Assembly (NCBI GenBank): GCA_010909165.1
Contig: MU008165.1
Coordinates: 124,001 to 188,000 of the forward strand
DNA: 64,000 bases
Origin: Anthoceros angustus
Taxonomy: Eukaryota > Plantae > Anthocerotophyta
Direction of reading: 5' to 3'
Shown: positions 22,690 to 35,053 of the stretch, one piece after another
Position numbering within the stretch: the stretch's first letter is position 1
Layout of the letters: each line of letters opens with the position of its first letter
The notes under the pieces: generated by a model
What the model was told of the DNA's origin: nothing
Database searches by the model: none
What the model saw: only the letters and a program-made list of their open reading frames with translations
Translations under genes and position numbers: made by a program

Positions 22690-23700
22690 CCACTTGGTGA
22701 AACCCAAGTCCAATGTTGAGAAGAACTTGGCAAACCCAATGGTATCGAAGATCTCTTCGGCCGTCGGCATGGGATAGTGGTCATGTGGGATTCGCTTGTT
22801 CAACAAGCGGTAGTCACCACACATTCTTCTCTTTGTCCATAGTCCTTCTCATGCTTCTTCTTCGGAAGTACTATCGCAGCTGCGTATTGTGAGTTAGATT
22901 GTCGAATCAGCCCTAGCTTGACAAGCTTTTGGCATCGATTCTCAACCAAATCCCACTCGGCCTTGCTCAGCCTCTGCCTCTTAAGGAACACTGGTTCATC
23001 CGTGGTGAGCTCTATGTGAAACGTCCCCTTAGTGTACTTCCCCATCTCCGCAAGTGTGAAAGCAAATACATGTTACGACGCCTTCAGCAACTCCTTCAGC
23101 TGACGCCATTGATTGCTCTTCAACTCTGTGCCTATCAACCACTCATGTGGCTGTGGCTTGGATGGCTTGCACGGCTCCTCTACGTGCTCACTCTCCTTGC
23201 CCTCTAAACTGGCTTTCTCCTCTTGAGATGCAAGTGCTGGAATGTCCTTTGCCCATCGAACCCGCTACTTCAACGCCGCCTTCTTCTGGTTTTGAAGCTG
23301 GTAAGTGACTCCAGCACTGAACAACTAGGTCATCATGTTGATGTCAAATGCTTGCCTAAGCAATCGACACCATTCTTTCTCGGTCACTCCCCATGTCTTT
23401 GTGGCTCCGACAGCAAATCCCATAGCCAACTCCCTCTCTCTCCCTCAACCTATGAGCCCTCGAACTAAATTGACCTGCATCCAATAATAGCTCCTGACCC
23501 AACACTCCTCAGATCGTGCCAAAGTCCTTTTGGACTTGCTTTTCACAATCATGCAGGCTAGCACATTCTCCAACATGTATCCACAAGGCCTTTCTTGCCC
23601 TTTCTGGATCAAGCACAAGATCCTCGTCAGGTCATAGAACAATGTTGTTCGTGGGTCCTTTAGACCCGGACCCCTGCCTACAGAGAAGAGTCCTTGACTA
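22690..23700 (-). mobile_element. Ty3/gypsy pol remnant: C5 DNA methyltransferase fragment followed by reverse transcriptase
   Basis: DNMT 23700-23320 (QGLFSVGRGPGLKDPRT..LENV..LLLDAGQFSSRAHRLR..ERELAMGF..LLRQAFDIN). RT 23135-22700 (FHIELTTDEPV..LGLIRQSNSQYAA..MCGDYRLLNKRIPHDHYPMP..FFSTLDL). Confidence 0.85.
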
Positions 23701-25240
23701 TTTGGGTAGTCACTAGCTTTACTCAGAGTGAGGCTACCCACTCCTGGCAGCCAGGTTTAAAAACTTGTCCTGGTAGTAGGGTTGGAAAACTTGTTGGGGC
23801 CGCTGAAAGGTATGTTGATTTCGTCCGGTAGTCGGGGTGATGTAAGTTGGCACCGTAATTATTTGAATTGTGTTGGTGGTTTACTATGATTATTGGCAAT
23901 AAAATATGTACATCGCCCTCGTCCCACGTGAACGGAGCACCCCTATGAGAATGCAAAGAAATCATATCGTTTTTTCCCTGGATTTTTTTTCTGTCTCTTT
24001 TGTCTTTGAGTGTCCGCATCAAATTCATCACCACCTAATGCTTTTGCAAACTCTTCGCTGACCAGTCCCTTCTTGACCTTCTTAAGCAGTTTACAATCCT
24101 TTTCCATCTCATGCCCTTCCAGAGCTTTCTTCGCATCCCTCATTCGTTTGGTGGGCTTTCTTTCTTTAATCTTCTCGACTCCTTGTACGCACGCATATAT
24201 GACACAAATGCCTTCAACCCTTTCTCCATGACATCGCGATCGGACTTCGCCGCTGCTCGTAGCTGGAAGACAAATCAGAAGATTGGAATGAGATGAGACA
24301 ACAACTAATGTAATTCACAGTCCTGCAGATGGATTGCTGTTGCATTATGACCCCTGAAGTGAAAAAGACACGATATGGAGGTGCAAACGTTATGTGGGCA
24401 AGCTTTGGGACCACATCCCGCACGCTCTCGTAATTCACGGTCCACCTGCCGAAAGGGAAAATAAGGCCCACCGTCCCCAACACCACGCAATAACTTACAT
24501 GATCATCTTGCTCGACGAGTGCTGCTTTACAAACTCCAGCAGCTGTGACGGCTTCTCATCCGCCTCATAATTCAAGTACTGCACATGCCACAAGGTGGAT
24601 GAAGCAGGAAACATAGGCTACGCCTTCCGCAAACAGCAAGACAGAACCAAAGACTGCAAAAACCTTCAAACGTGGGACACCCTTCCTTATTCCGAGAAAA
24701 ATACCTGAATGCTTAAGTTGGATGGCTTGTCTGTACCACCTACCGAGCACCTCCTTTCGCTTCAATTTTCACCTCCACTCGCACCGGATTCCGCAACCCA
24801 GCTTTGGCCAGCTCTTGCACTTCCCGAGTCCGAGTAGTCGAAAACAGGCCCGTCCTACGCTGCTTTGGCAGCTCAGCGATGAAAGCAGTAATTTGGCGTT
24901 GAAACCCCATGTCCAGCAGCCTGTCAGCCTCATCCAGGACAAGCACCTACACCACAACCAGCAGTCCAACCAGTCTTAATCCCTCAATCAAACACAAACA
25001 CCGAACCCCAGATAACCCACCATCATCCCCCTGGCAATTACCTCCAACTGCCGGAAATCCAAAAAAGAGGACCGCTCAATAATGTCATGCAGCCGTCCAG
25101 GCGTGCCAACCAGCAGGTTGACACCATTCTGCTTCAGTCTTGCCAAGTCCGCCGCCACGTCCGTGCCGCCCACAAGCAAGCCTACTGCGATGCCAGGCAG
25201 AGTTGCCACCAGCGGCTCCGCCACGTGAAAAATTTGCCAC
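23701..25240 (-). pseudogene. Inverted, internally deleted pseudogene of the DDX55/RH18 helicase
   Basis: Reverse complement of three segments of the gene at 29.6-34.4 kb ([13 protein letters not shown] exon, introns, last exon and 3' UTR). Confidence 0.92.
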
Positions 25241-26103
25241 CCTGTCTTTGTCGGGCACATTGATCAAACAATCACGGACCCGTGTTCCTGGCGGCAATCC
25301 ACAAGAAATGCAGGTTCGCCAGCTCCCAGAAGAACAACGATCAGCCAGGTACTATCAACAGAAGCCAAGTTTGGGCCAAGCATTGGGAGAGCCAGTTCCT
25401 GACAGCACGGGAAGCACCAATTTCTCTCTGGCATGCAACAACTACTCTAGCCAAATTCCATCCATGCAATGCCGCTTCTGGTTCATGGGTCTCTGCTGCC
25501 GTCTGCGCTGGGCTGAAGACAGCAATAAATGCTGCTGCAGAAACAGAGCTCTGAGAAACGGGAAGAAGCCGGCAGCCCAGGGGCCGGACTACGGTTGCAC
25601 AAGAGATGGAAATTTGGGGAGTGACGACTGCAAACAACTCCACAGGCACTTGGCAGCGGCTCCTGTCGATTCCAATAAGCTAAATGGGGCTCTTACCTAG
25701 GATTTCCAGCAGAGATAATTTCCAGAGAGTGATGTGTCTGGACGTCCCTGAGATGTGTACAGTTTGCAGTGACAGAGAAACCGGCGTTACGTCCCGTAGC
25801 CATCTTCCAGTCCTTCAGCACATCAGGCTCATCAATGTTCTGAGGTCGACCTATGCATTCTGCCTCGACACGAACCGAGGTTGTATCTAGGTACATCTCT
25901 GTGTAGAATTCAGCTCAGGCTTTTGAGTTGAGCTCAGATCAATCACTCACTTAGCACCTACCAAACCCTGGACAGATGATGGGTCTCTATTACTTTGCTG
26001 AAACAGAATCCCTTGGCGCGCCAGAATGCAAAAGGAAGCGTCAGAGTGAACCTGACTTGAGTTCATAACGTGCAAGCCATGGCCACAGTTGTTGGAAGAC
26101 CGA

Positions 26104-26557
26104 CTACGATGGTGCAGCCTTCGCCGAGCTTTCAGCGTCCGGTGAAGATGATGCTGCAGAAGCAGCAGCTGTGGGAACAGCTCCAGGCATTTGATAAACC
26201 CGTCCTCTCCTCAGGATCTCGGTGACCATCCAGTGCTTCCTCTTGCTCAAGGGTCGTGTGGATTTGATCCGGACCTGCCAACACAAATGCGGTAGGTCAT
26301 CAGGGCTTGTTACATAATCCGTAAGGTCAGTCACACAGGCGAGTGTTAAGCCAAGTGCGGCAGAGCAGAGCAGGGCAGGACAGGATAAGACAGACCTCAT
26401 CGCCGATGTTGCACGCGTTTTCCTCGTCGTGTGCCATGAACTTGCTGGTTTTCCTCACCACCTTGTGGTAGATAGGGTGCTCGGTGAGGCGCTCCACGGC
26501 GACCACCACGGACTTCTGCATCTTATTCGACAGCACCTTCCCCACAGCCGACTTCAT
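26104..26557 (-). CDS. rps17: Organellar (probably mitochondrial) ribosomal protein uS17, 2 exons (26557-26396, 26274-26104)
   Basis: MKSAVGKVLSNKMQKSVVVAVER..HPIYHKVVRKTSKFMAHDEEN.CNIGDEVRIKSTRPLSKRKHW is the bacterial-type S17 signature. GT-AG intron. Confidence 0.9.
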
Positions 26558-27103
26558 TGCTTTGGCTGCTGGTTCACGCTCCAAACATTTGAAAGCGGCT
26601 GTTTCACGCTCCACACGTAGACCTCGGCAAGCAGCTGATGCAGGCACAAAACAAACGCAAGTCTCTATGTCTTCGTTAGGGCCGGGACCTGGAAGGGTGT
26701 GGTTTTGTAGGGTTTAAGCACCGTCTTCGTAGTACGCCTCTTCACCCTCTTTCCTTTCTTACAGATGCTGTGAATCCTACAGCACGCAAACACCTTGCAG
26801 GATTTGCTGTGGGCAAATGCGGAGGAAGCCACGCGAAGACGGCGGGCAAGGAAGCGGCAAAAGTGCGATCGAAGGCCACATGTCGCCACGAGAAAATAAT
26901 AGTCCCTGCCAGAAGGCCGTCATAGGGTTACGGTTTCTTGGGAACTTGGCGCACATGTATTTGCAGAGCCTAGTTATTTCAGTGCTAGAGCAAGTTGTGC
27001 CCGAGTACATTTGAGTCATGCATCCAATCCAGCCATCCATCCCAGCAGGATTCAAGCAACAGCACGGAAACAGGGGCACGAGAGCGGAAGCAAGAAAAGC
27101 AAG

Positions 27104-27520
27104 TTTTTATTGAGATGAAAAAACGACGGGAAGAGCCCATCCAGGAGGGGACAACCAAAGGGGACGGATGGAGAACTGAGCTCCCTACGGGACAACCAAA
27201 GGGGACGGATGGAGAACTAAGCTCCCTATTTAAAGTCGCCTACTGCACCCACAATGTCATATGCAGGAAGAATAAATGGTCAGCAAACCACGGAGGTAGA
27301 GGAAGATGCGTCACTTACTGTCGCCGCCTTGTGGAGGATCGCCGTTGAGAGCGCCCGTTGAAGGGTAATTGAAACCTGTTGTCGGAAGTATGCTGTGAAG
27401 TATGAGAGGGACAGCCCCGCACCGTGTTTGCGCGCATGGTAAGCTTTGGCACATGACTTGATAAATTTGTCAAAGTCCTCAGCCATTGCCCATACGTTTC
27501 TAGTGCAATTGGAATAAAGA
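27104..27520 (-). mobile_element. 3' fragment of an RLE-type (CRE/NeSL-like) non-LTR retrotransposon
   Basis: FDKFIKSCAK..YFRQQVSITLQRALSTAIL resembles the C-terminus of restriction-like-endonuclease LINEs. A-rich end (caataaaaac) at about 27104-27111. Interrupts the DJ-1 fragment. Confidence 0.55.
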
Positions 27521-27622
27521 GCTGTGGGCACTGTCTCCGGATCGAGCTACCTTGTCAGGACACATGGCATCCACCGCAAGCTTTGCACCAATAGCCTGCA
27601 ATGTCGGAAAGGGAAGCAACTG

Positions 27623-27772
27623 ATAGAAGAAGAAGAATAATTTTATTTAAATCCACTAAGGACGGATTTCCGTCATGGGACTTGGTACTTAACAACTTGT
27701 ACCATGGTATGCCTAAACCACTTGCACCAAGGGCATCCATTCCCTTTAGGCACCCCATCTAAGTATAGATCC
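27623..27772 (-). mobile_element. Second copy of the (TTC)n-tailed retroelement end
   Basis: Reverse complement of 17860-18010. Confidence 0.65.
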
Positions 27773-29499
27773 AAGCGCACGATGCTTAATAACCACGTTC
27801 TTATAAGTGTGTGTTCATTTGGCCTAAGCCATTTGGATAGCACCCAGCTGAAGCTTCACACCAACAGCCTGCAACGTCTGAAAGAGAAGCAATATGACCA
27901 GCAAACAAGTCCCAACAGCATTGGAGATGGCTGCCCAGTGCAACCCCACACTGCTCACCAGTCCTCCTTTCCATCCGCCAAGACGATTGCGCACTACCTA
28001 CTAAGAAATTGTACGCGCTCACGCAGGAGGCATGCAATCGTTTCCATTGCGATAGCGTTCCTCCAGCGACGAGCTCTGGCCAAAGCGGGCCGGATTGACT
28101 GGTCGTGGTTCTTGGCGAGCCATGCCTTGGCGGGCTTTTACAACCACTTCTTTATTTATGTCCGAGATACTACAGCGTAAGGAAAACCAAGTACACATAC
28201 GATATGTCTCAACTAGAAAGATTATAAATCATACTGAACAACCTTTTATCACTTTTTGAATTTTGAAAACTAAAATATCAATTTAAAATATTTTTCAAAA
28301 ATGTTTCCAATGAAATATACCCAAAGATGGCCGTCATTTTTTTTATCAAAATATGTTTGGGCATTCTAAACCCGAGTAGTATAATCTGTCTAGGTTGGGT
28401 GCACTCCTTCGCTCCCCACCCTACGCAGACTATGGTGCTTGGGTCCAAATCAGCTTGGGTCCAAATCAACAATCTCTAATTTCACCATGCCCGAGTAGCA
28501 TAATCTGTGTAGGTTGGGTGCACTCCGTTGCTCCCCACTCTACACAGACTATGGTATTTGGGTCCAAATCAACAATCTCTAATCTCACCATTTGTCTGCC
28601 CTCCATTCTATAGCCGATCTGCACCTAGGTGTACTCGAGGACTTATATGCCTCCATTCTATAGCCGATCTGCACCTAGGTGTACTCGAGGACTTATATGC
28701 GGAGCCAATCGTTTACCCTCTTGTGGAGGACAATCTTTTGCACCCCACATACAAGTCCTCGAGCACACCTGGGTGCAAATCAACTATCTCAAACTTCACA
28801 AGTGTAGCTCTCCTCCATTAGATATTGACATTCCAGGGATACAGTCTGGATGGTTAGAGCGAAGCGAACTCGAACAGCGATCGTCAGGTTGCGAGCGCTC
28901 CATGCTGACCGAGCATAACCTGCTGGGACACCCAATCACTACTTAGTGTAGTACTAGTATCAAGCATGCAGTTATCAAGCCAAGTAATTATTAGTAATAT
29001 ATATAAAGTATTTTTATTATTTACATGATATTTTTATTTAATTCTGATTCTTTAAAACTATATAATAGCTAACATTTTTACTTAGAGTTCCATCATCCTA
29101 CCGGTATAGTCCATGTTCCACTGGTATGTATTCATAGTGATTTAAAAAATTACTTTGAACTCTTTTTTATACATTCAAGTCACCCACCTTCATAATTTGG
29201 AGTGAGTAACAATCCTAGCAACAACTATTTAAAGATAATTTAATCGTCGTAAAAAATCTTTTATTTCTAATATTTATATTTAAAATATATAACAACATAA
29301 AATTTTAGCACTCTAGCACACCAACCACAATATTAGCGTACTAATAGACCTACTACACAAGACATCACGGTAACAACAAGTGTTTCTATAAGCTTCTAGA
29401 ATTATGAGCGTCTTTTTGAGAAGCTGAGCTTTATGTATGATTGGATCTTGGAGTTTAGAGCTTGAGTCAGACTTCTTTTTAGAAGCCTAGTTTCCATAC

Positions 29500-32400
29500 A
29501 TATGTTTGGGTCGCAGAGTTATAGAACTCGGCCTTTCAGCAGTGTTTCACGGCCAGTTGTGGCGGCTGCGGCAGGCGGCAGGCAAACGAAAGGATTCAGC
29601 TGAAACAATCGATGAGATGACGGTAGCATGCCACTCCCTGTTCCGAAATCTGCAACCCTCCCTGTCGGAAGAGACGCTGGATGTCCTGGAAAAGCAGGGA
29701 TTTGTGAGCGCCACCCCGGTGCAGGCCGCCACAATTCCTCTGCTCTGCAGCTACAAAGATGTGGCTGTGGATGCAGCCACCGGCTCGGGCAAGACGCTTG
29801 CCTTCCTGGTTCCTCTTGTGGAGATTCTGCGCAGGCTGAGCAAGCCTCTCGGCTTCCATGAGGTGCGCCGGCTGGCTTCTTTGGTGTGGGATGGTGGTGT
29901 GGGTCGGGGTTCGTGTGTGTGCTGATTTGTGGGGAACACGGTTCAGGTTGGCGCTGTGATTATATCGCCCACTCGGGAGCTGGCGTCGCAAATTTTTCAC
30001 GTGGCGGAGCCGCTGGTGGCAACGCTGCCTGGCATCGCAGTAGGCTTGCTTGTGGGCGGCACGGACGTGGCGGCGGACTTGGCAAGACTGAAGCAGAATG
30101 GTGCCAACCTGCTGGTTGGCACGCCTGGACGGCTGCATGACATTATTGAGCGGTCCTCTTTTTTGGATTTCCGGCAGTTGGAGGTAGTTGCTAGGGGGAT
30201 GGTGGTGGGTTATCTGGGGTTCGGTGTTTGTGTTTGAGTGAGGGATTAAGACTGGTTGGACTGCTGGTTGTGGTGTAGGTGCTTGTCCTGGATGAGGCTG
30301 ACAGGCTGCTGGACATGGGGTTTCAACGCCAAATTACTGCTATCATCGCTGAGCTGCCAAAGCAGCGTAGGACAGGCCTCTTTTCGGCTACTCAAACTCG
30401 GGAAGTGCAAGAGCTGGCCAAAGCTGGGTTGCGGAATCCGGTGCAGTGGAGGTGAAAGTTGAAGCGAAAGGAGGTGCTGGGGCAGTAGGTGGTACAGACA
30501 AGCCATCCAAGACACCATCCAGCTTAAGCATTCAGGTATTTTTCTCGGAATAAGGAAGGGTTTCGCGTGCTTGAATGTTTTTGTTTGCAGTCTTTCGTTC
30601 TGTCTTGCTGTTTGCAGAAGGGTAGCCTATGTTTCCTGCTTCATCCACCTTGTGGCATGTGCAGTACTTGACTTGTGAGGCGGATGAGAAGCCGTCACAG
30701 CTGCTGGAGTTTGTAAAGCAGCACCCGTCAAGCAAGATGATCATGTAAGCTACTGCGTGGTGTTGGGGACAGTGGGCCTTATTTTTCCAATTGAGCAGCT
30801 GCTGGTGGATTATTTTTCTCCTGCTGCTGCATGCTCAAGCCTCGGAAATTGCGCCAGATATTTCATGACTTGCAATTGTGTGGACTTCTGGGGAACTGTC
30901 CTACGCCAAGCAGGGCTTTTGAAGAATGTTCCCTCAGTATTTCTACATGGCAAGATGAAGCAGGTAGGTTCTGAAGCTTTCAGGCTACCACCCTGTCTTG
31001 CTTGTGGGGTTTAGGGACAGCGAGCTGAGGCTTGGTCTCTTGCAGTCTGTGCGGGAGAAAGCTCTAGCAACCTTCACTGAGATGCAGAGTGGCATTCTGT
31101 GCTGCACAGACGTAGCTGCCTGAGGGCTCATACCTGGTGTGGACTGGATTATACAGGTAGGAGTCAACAACTTGATGGTAACGATTGGTCATTTGAATTG
31201 GTATGCCATTTTGCTTTTCTTTGTCAGGTTGAATTGTTTTTTACAGTTTTGATATGTTTGGGTCGCAGAGTTATAGAACTCGGCCTTTCAGCAGTGTTTC
31301 ACGGCCAGTTGTGGCGGCTGCGGCAGGCGGCAGGCAAACGAAAGGATTCAGCTGAAACAATCGATGAGATGACGGTAGCATGCCACTCCCTGTTCCGAAA
31401 TCTGCAACCCTCCCTGTCGGAAGAGACGCTGGATGTCCTGGAAAAGCAGGGATTTGTGAGCGCCACCCCGGTGCAGGCCGCCACAATTCCTCTGCTCTGC
31501 AGCTACAAAGATGTGGCTGTGGATGCAGCCACCGGCTCGGGCAAGACGCTTGCCTTCCTGGTTCCTCTTGTGGAGATTCTGCGCAGGCTGAGCAAGCCTC
31601 TCGGCTTCCATGAGGTGCGCCGGCTGGCTTCTTTGGTGTGGGATGGTGTGGGTCGGGGTTCGTGTGTGTGCTGATTTGTGGGGAACACGGTTCAGGTTGG
31701 CGCTGTGATTATATCGCCCACTCGGGAGCTGGCGTCGCAAATTTTTCACGTGGCGGAGCCGCTGGTGGCAACGCTGCCTGGCATCGCAGGCTTGCTTGTG
31801 GGCGGCACGGACGTGGCGGCGGACTTGGCAAGACTGAAGAATGGTGCCAACCTGCTGGTTGGCACGCCTGGACGGCTGCATGACATTATTGAGCGGTCCT
31901 CTTTTTGGATTTCCGGCAGTTGGAGGTAGTTGCTAGGGGGATGGTGGTGGGTTATCTGGGGTTCGGTGTTTGTGTTTGAGTGAGGGATTAAGACTGGTTG
32001 GACTGCTGGTTGTGGTGTAGGTGCTTGTCCTGGATGAGGCTGACAGGCTGCTGGACATGGGGTTTCAACGCCAAATTACTGCTATCATCGCTGAGCTGCC
32101 AAAGCAGCGTAGGACAGGCCTCTTTTCGGCTACTCAAACTCGGGAAGTGCAAGAGCTGGCCAAAGCTGGGTTGCGGAATCCGGTGCGAGTGGAGGTGAAA
32201 GTTGAAGCGAAAGGAGGTGCTGGGGCAGTAGGTGGTACAGACAAGCCATCCAAGACACCATCCAGCTTAAGCATTCAGGTATTTTTCTCGGAATAAGGAA
32301 GGGTTTCGCGTGCTTGAATGTTTTTGTTTGCAGTCTTTCGTTCTGTCTTGCTGTTTGCAGAAGGGGTAGCCTATGTTTCCTGCTTCATCCACCTTGTGGC

Positions 32401-32999
32401 ATGTGCAGTACTTGACTTGTGAGGCGGATGAGAAGCCGTCACAGCTGCTGGAGTTTGTAAAGCAGCACCCGTCAAGCAAGATGATCATGTAAGCTACTGC
32501 GTGGTGTTGGGGACAGTGGGCCTTATTTTTCCAATTGAGCAGCTGCTGGTGGATTATTTTTCTCCTGCTGCTGCATGCTCAAGCCTCGGAAATTGCGCCA
32601 GATATTTCATGACTTGCAATTGTGTGGACTTCTGGGGAACTGTCCTACGCCAAGCAGGGCTTTTGAAGAATGTTCCCTCAGTATTTCTACATGGCAAGAT
32701 GAAGCAGGTAGGTTCTGAAGCTTTCAGGCTACCACCCTGTCTTGCTTTGTGGGGTTTAGGGACAGCGAGCTGAGGCTTGGTCTCTTGCAGTCTGTGCGGG
32801 AGAAAGCTCTAGCAACCTTCACTGAGATGCAGAGTGGCATTCTGTGCTGCACAGACGTAGCTGCCCGAGGGCTCGACATACCTGGTGTGGACTGGATTAT
32901 ACAGGTAGGAGTCAACAACTTGATGGTAACGATTGGTCATTTGAATTGGTATGCCATTTTTGCTTTTCTTTGTCAGGTTGAATTGTTTTTTTTACAGTT
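29500..32999 (+). repeat. About 1752-bp near-identical tandem duplication of the helicase 5' half
   Basis: 29500-31250 versus 31251-32999 differ only by 1-3 nt indels in the stretches compared. Confidence 0.95.
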
Positions 33000-34171
33000 G
33001 GATTATGTTTGCAGTATGATCCTCCTCAAGATCCGAATGTCTTTGTGCACAGAGTCGGTCGCACTGCACGAATGGGACGATCCGGAAGTGCTATTTGCTT
33101 CCTCCTTCCAAAGGTATCCTATCTTTCCCTTAGGCAGGTGACTGGTGGGGGCACCACAATTTAACTGAGAGGTATGTGTGGTGATCATCCAGGAAGACTC
33201 CTATGTTGAGTTTTTGCGGCTCCGAAGAATACCTATCGAAGAGAAGCCAAAGTACGAGGGCGTGCGGGATGTGGTCCCAAAGGTTGCCCACATAACGTTT
33301 GCACCTCCATATCCTGTCTTTTTCACTTCAGGGGTCACAACGCAACAGCAATCCAGCTGCAGTACTGTGAACTACATTAGTTATTGTCTCATCTCATTCC
33401 AACCCTCTAATTTGTCTTCCAGTTACGAGCAGCGGCAAAGTCCGATCGAGATGTGATGGAGAAAGGGTTGAAGGCATTTGTATCCTATGTGCGTGCGTAC
33501 AAGGAGCATCAATGCAACTTCATCTTCAGGTAGTCACAGGATAAGAAGGTAGCTTACAGATGGTCTCCGTCTTGTTGATATTGTTCTTGATTTTGCTGCT
33601 GAGTGCATTTTCAGGTGGAAAGAGTTGGAGCTGGGGAAGGTTGGCATGGGTTATGGGTTGCTTCAGCTTCCATCGATGCCTGAGCTCAAGAGGGGAGTGC
33701 TGTCGTCTGCCAATTTTGTGCCGGTCAATGTGGATCTGGCAACTATACCATACAAGTAGGCTGTATTTTCCTCTCTCCCAATTTCCGGTTTTTGATTTGG
33801 TTTCCCTTCCTGATCAAGGGAGGTTTGGTTACAGAGATAAAGCTCGGGAGAAGCAGCGGCTGAAAAATGCTGCTACCAAAGCATTGGAGAAGGATGAAAG
33901 TGTGAAGCAGAGACACCCACCCGGTAAAGATCTAGCAGGAAAGGATACGCGCGTTGAGAAAACCAAGGAAAGAAAGCCCACCAAACGAATGAGGGATGCG
34001 AAGAAAGCTCTGGAAGGGGATGAGATGGAAAAGGATTATAAACTGCTTAAGAAGGTCAAGAAGGGACTGATCAGCGAAGAAGAGTTTGCAAAAGCTGTTG
34101 GTGGTGATGAATTTGATGAGAACACAGAAAGAGAAAAGAAACGGAAGAAAATTTCAGGAAAGAAACGATGA
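29617..34171 (+). CDS. RH18: DEAD-box RNA helicase DDX55/SPB4/RH18 (multi-exon; 5' half present twice, second ATG 31369)
   Basis: Q motif (GFVSATPVQ), [56 protein letters not shown], basic tail ending GKKR*. Confidence 0.93.
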
Positions 34172-34452
34172 TTTTTGCAACCTAATTGGATTGGTTCGTC
34201 CACCTGGAACGAGGGTGATACACCCTCCCGCACATTGTCCATTGTCAATCATCGTCGCACACCATCAAAGAATTCAAAAAATTACGGTGCCAACATACAT
34301 CGCTCTCGATTAGCAGATGCCTACGGGCCAAATCAACAGACCTTTCAACGGCCCCAACTAGTTTTTCAACCCTGCCGTCACGAGTGGGTGGCCTCACGCC
34401 CACGGTAAAGCTGGTGACTACCTAAACATGATGCGTGGCAACAGCATCGAAC

Positions 34453-35053
34453 TCAAAACCCGTGAATCTTGATCAAGTCTTTCTTCACAACGCCAGCCTT
34501 CCGAGCCACCAAGTAGGAATCGTTAGCACCTGTAGTCCACGGACACATGAATAACAAAATTCCGATGCACATTAACATCTCTCCTCACCTGGACAAGGAA
34601 CTGGGACACGTTCTTCCGTTGATCTCCTTGCAGCTGAATCACCTGGCCGAGCTCAGAGTCCTGCACGACTGTTCCATTGCAGCAGAATTCCTGAAAGATG
34701 GTGGTGTGTCAGCGTGTGACACAAGCCAAGCAGACAAACACCGATTGAACACACCTTCTTGAAGTCCTTAAGAATCTTGTTATAATTGAATTCTTTCTTC
34801 AAGCCTTGGACTGTGGTGAGACTTTTTCTACCGTTCCGCTGCTGTACACGCACATGTACATATTCCTTGGAGCCTGCACCGGAACCCTTTGCCTCCGCAT
34901 CTGCGAAGGGATCTGCAACCAAAAAGCATGCCCCAAAAGTCTCAAAAGAAGGAGAAAGTAAGACAGGATACAAAATCAAGCCAATTCATCGAATCCAAAT
35001 GACATACCTCTGGCACCGAAGGCCCCCGGGAGCTCGAGATCTAGATCTAACAT
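34453..35053 (-). CDS. SUI1: Translation initiation factor eIF1/SUI1 (4 coding exons)
   Basis: MLDLDLELPGAFDPFADA..VHVRVQQRNGRKSLTTVQGLKKEF..FCCNGTVV..IQLQGDQRKNV..IKIHGF*. Confidence 0.95.
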
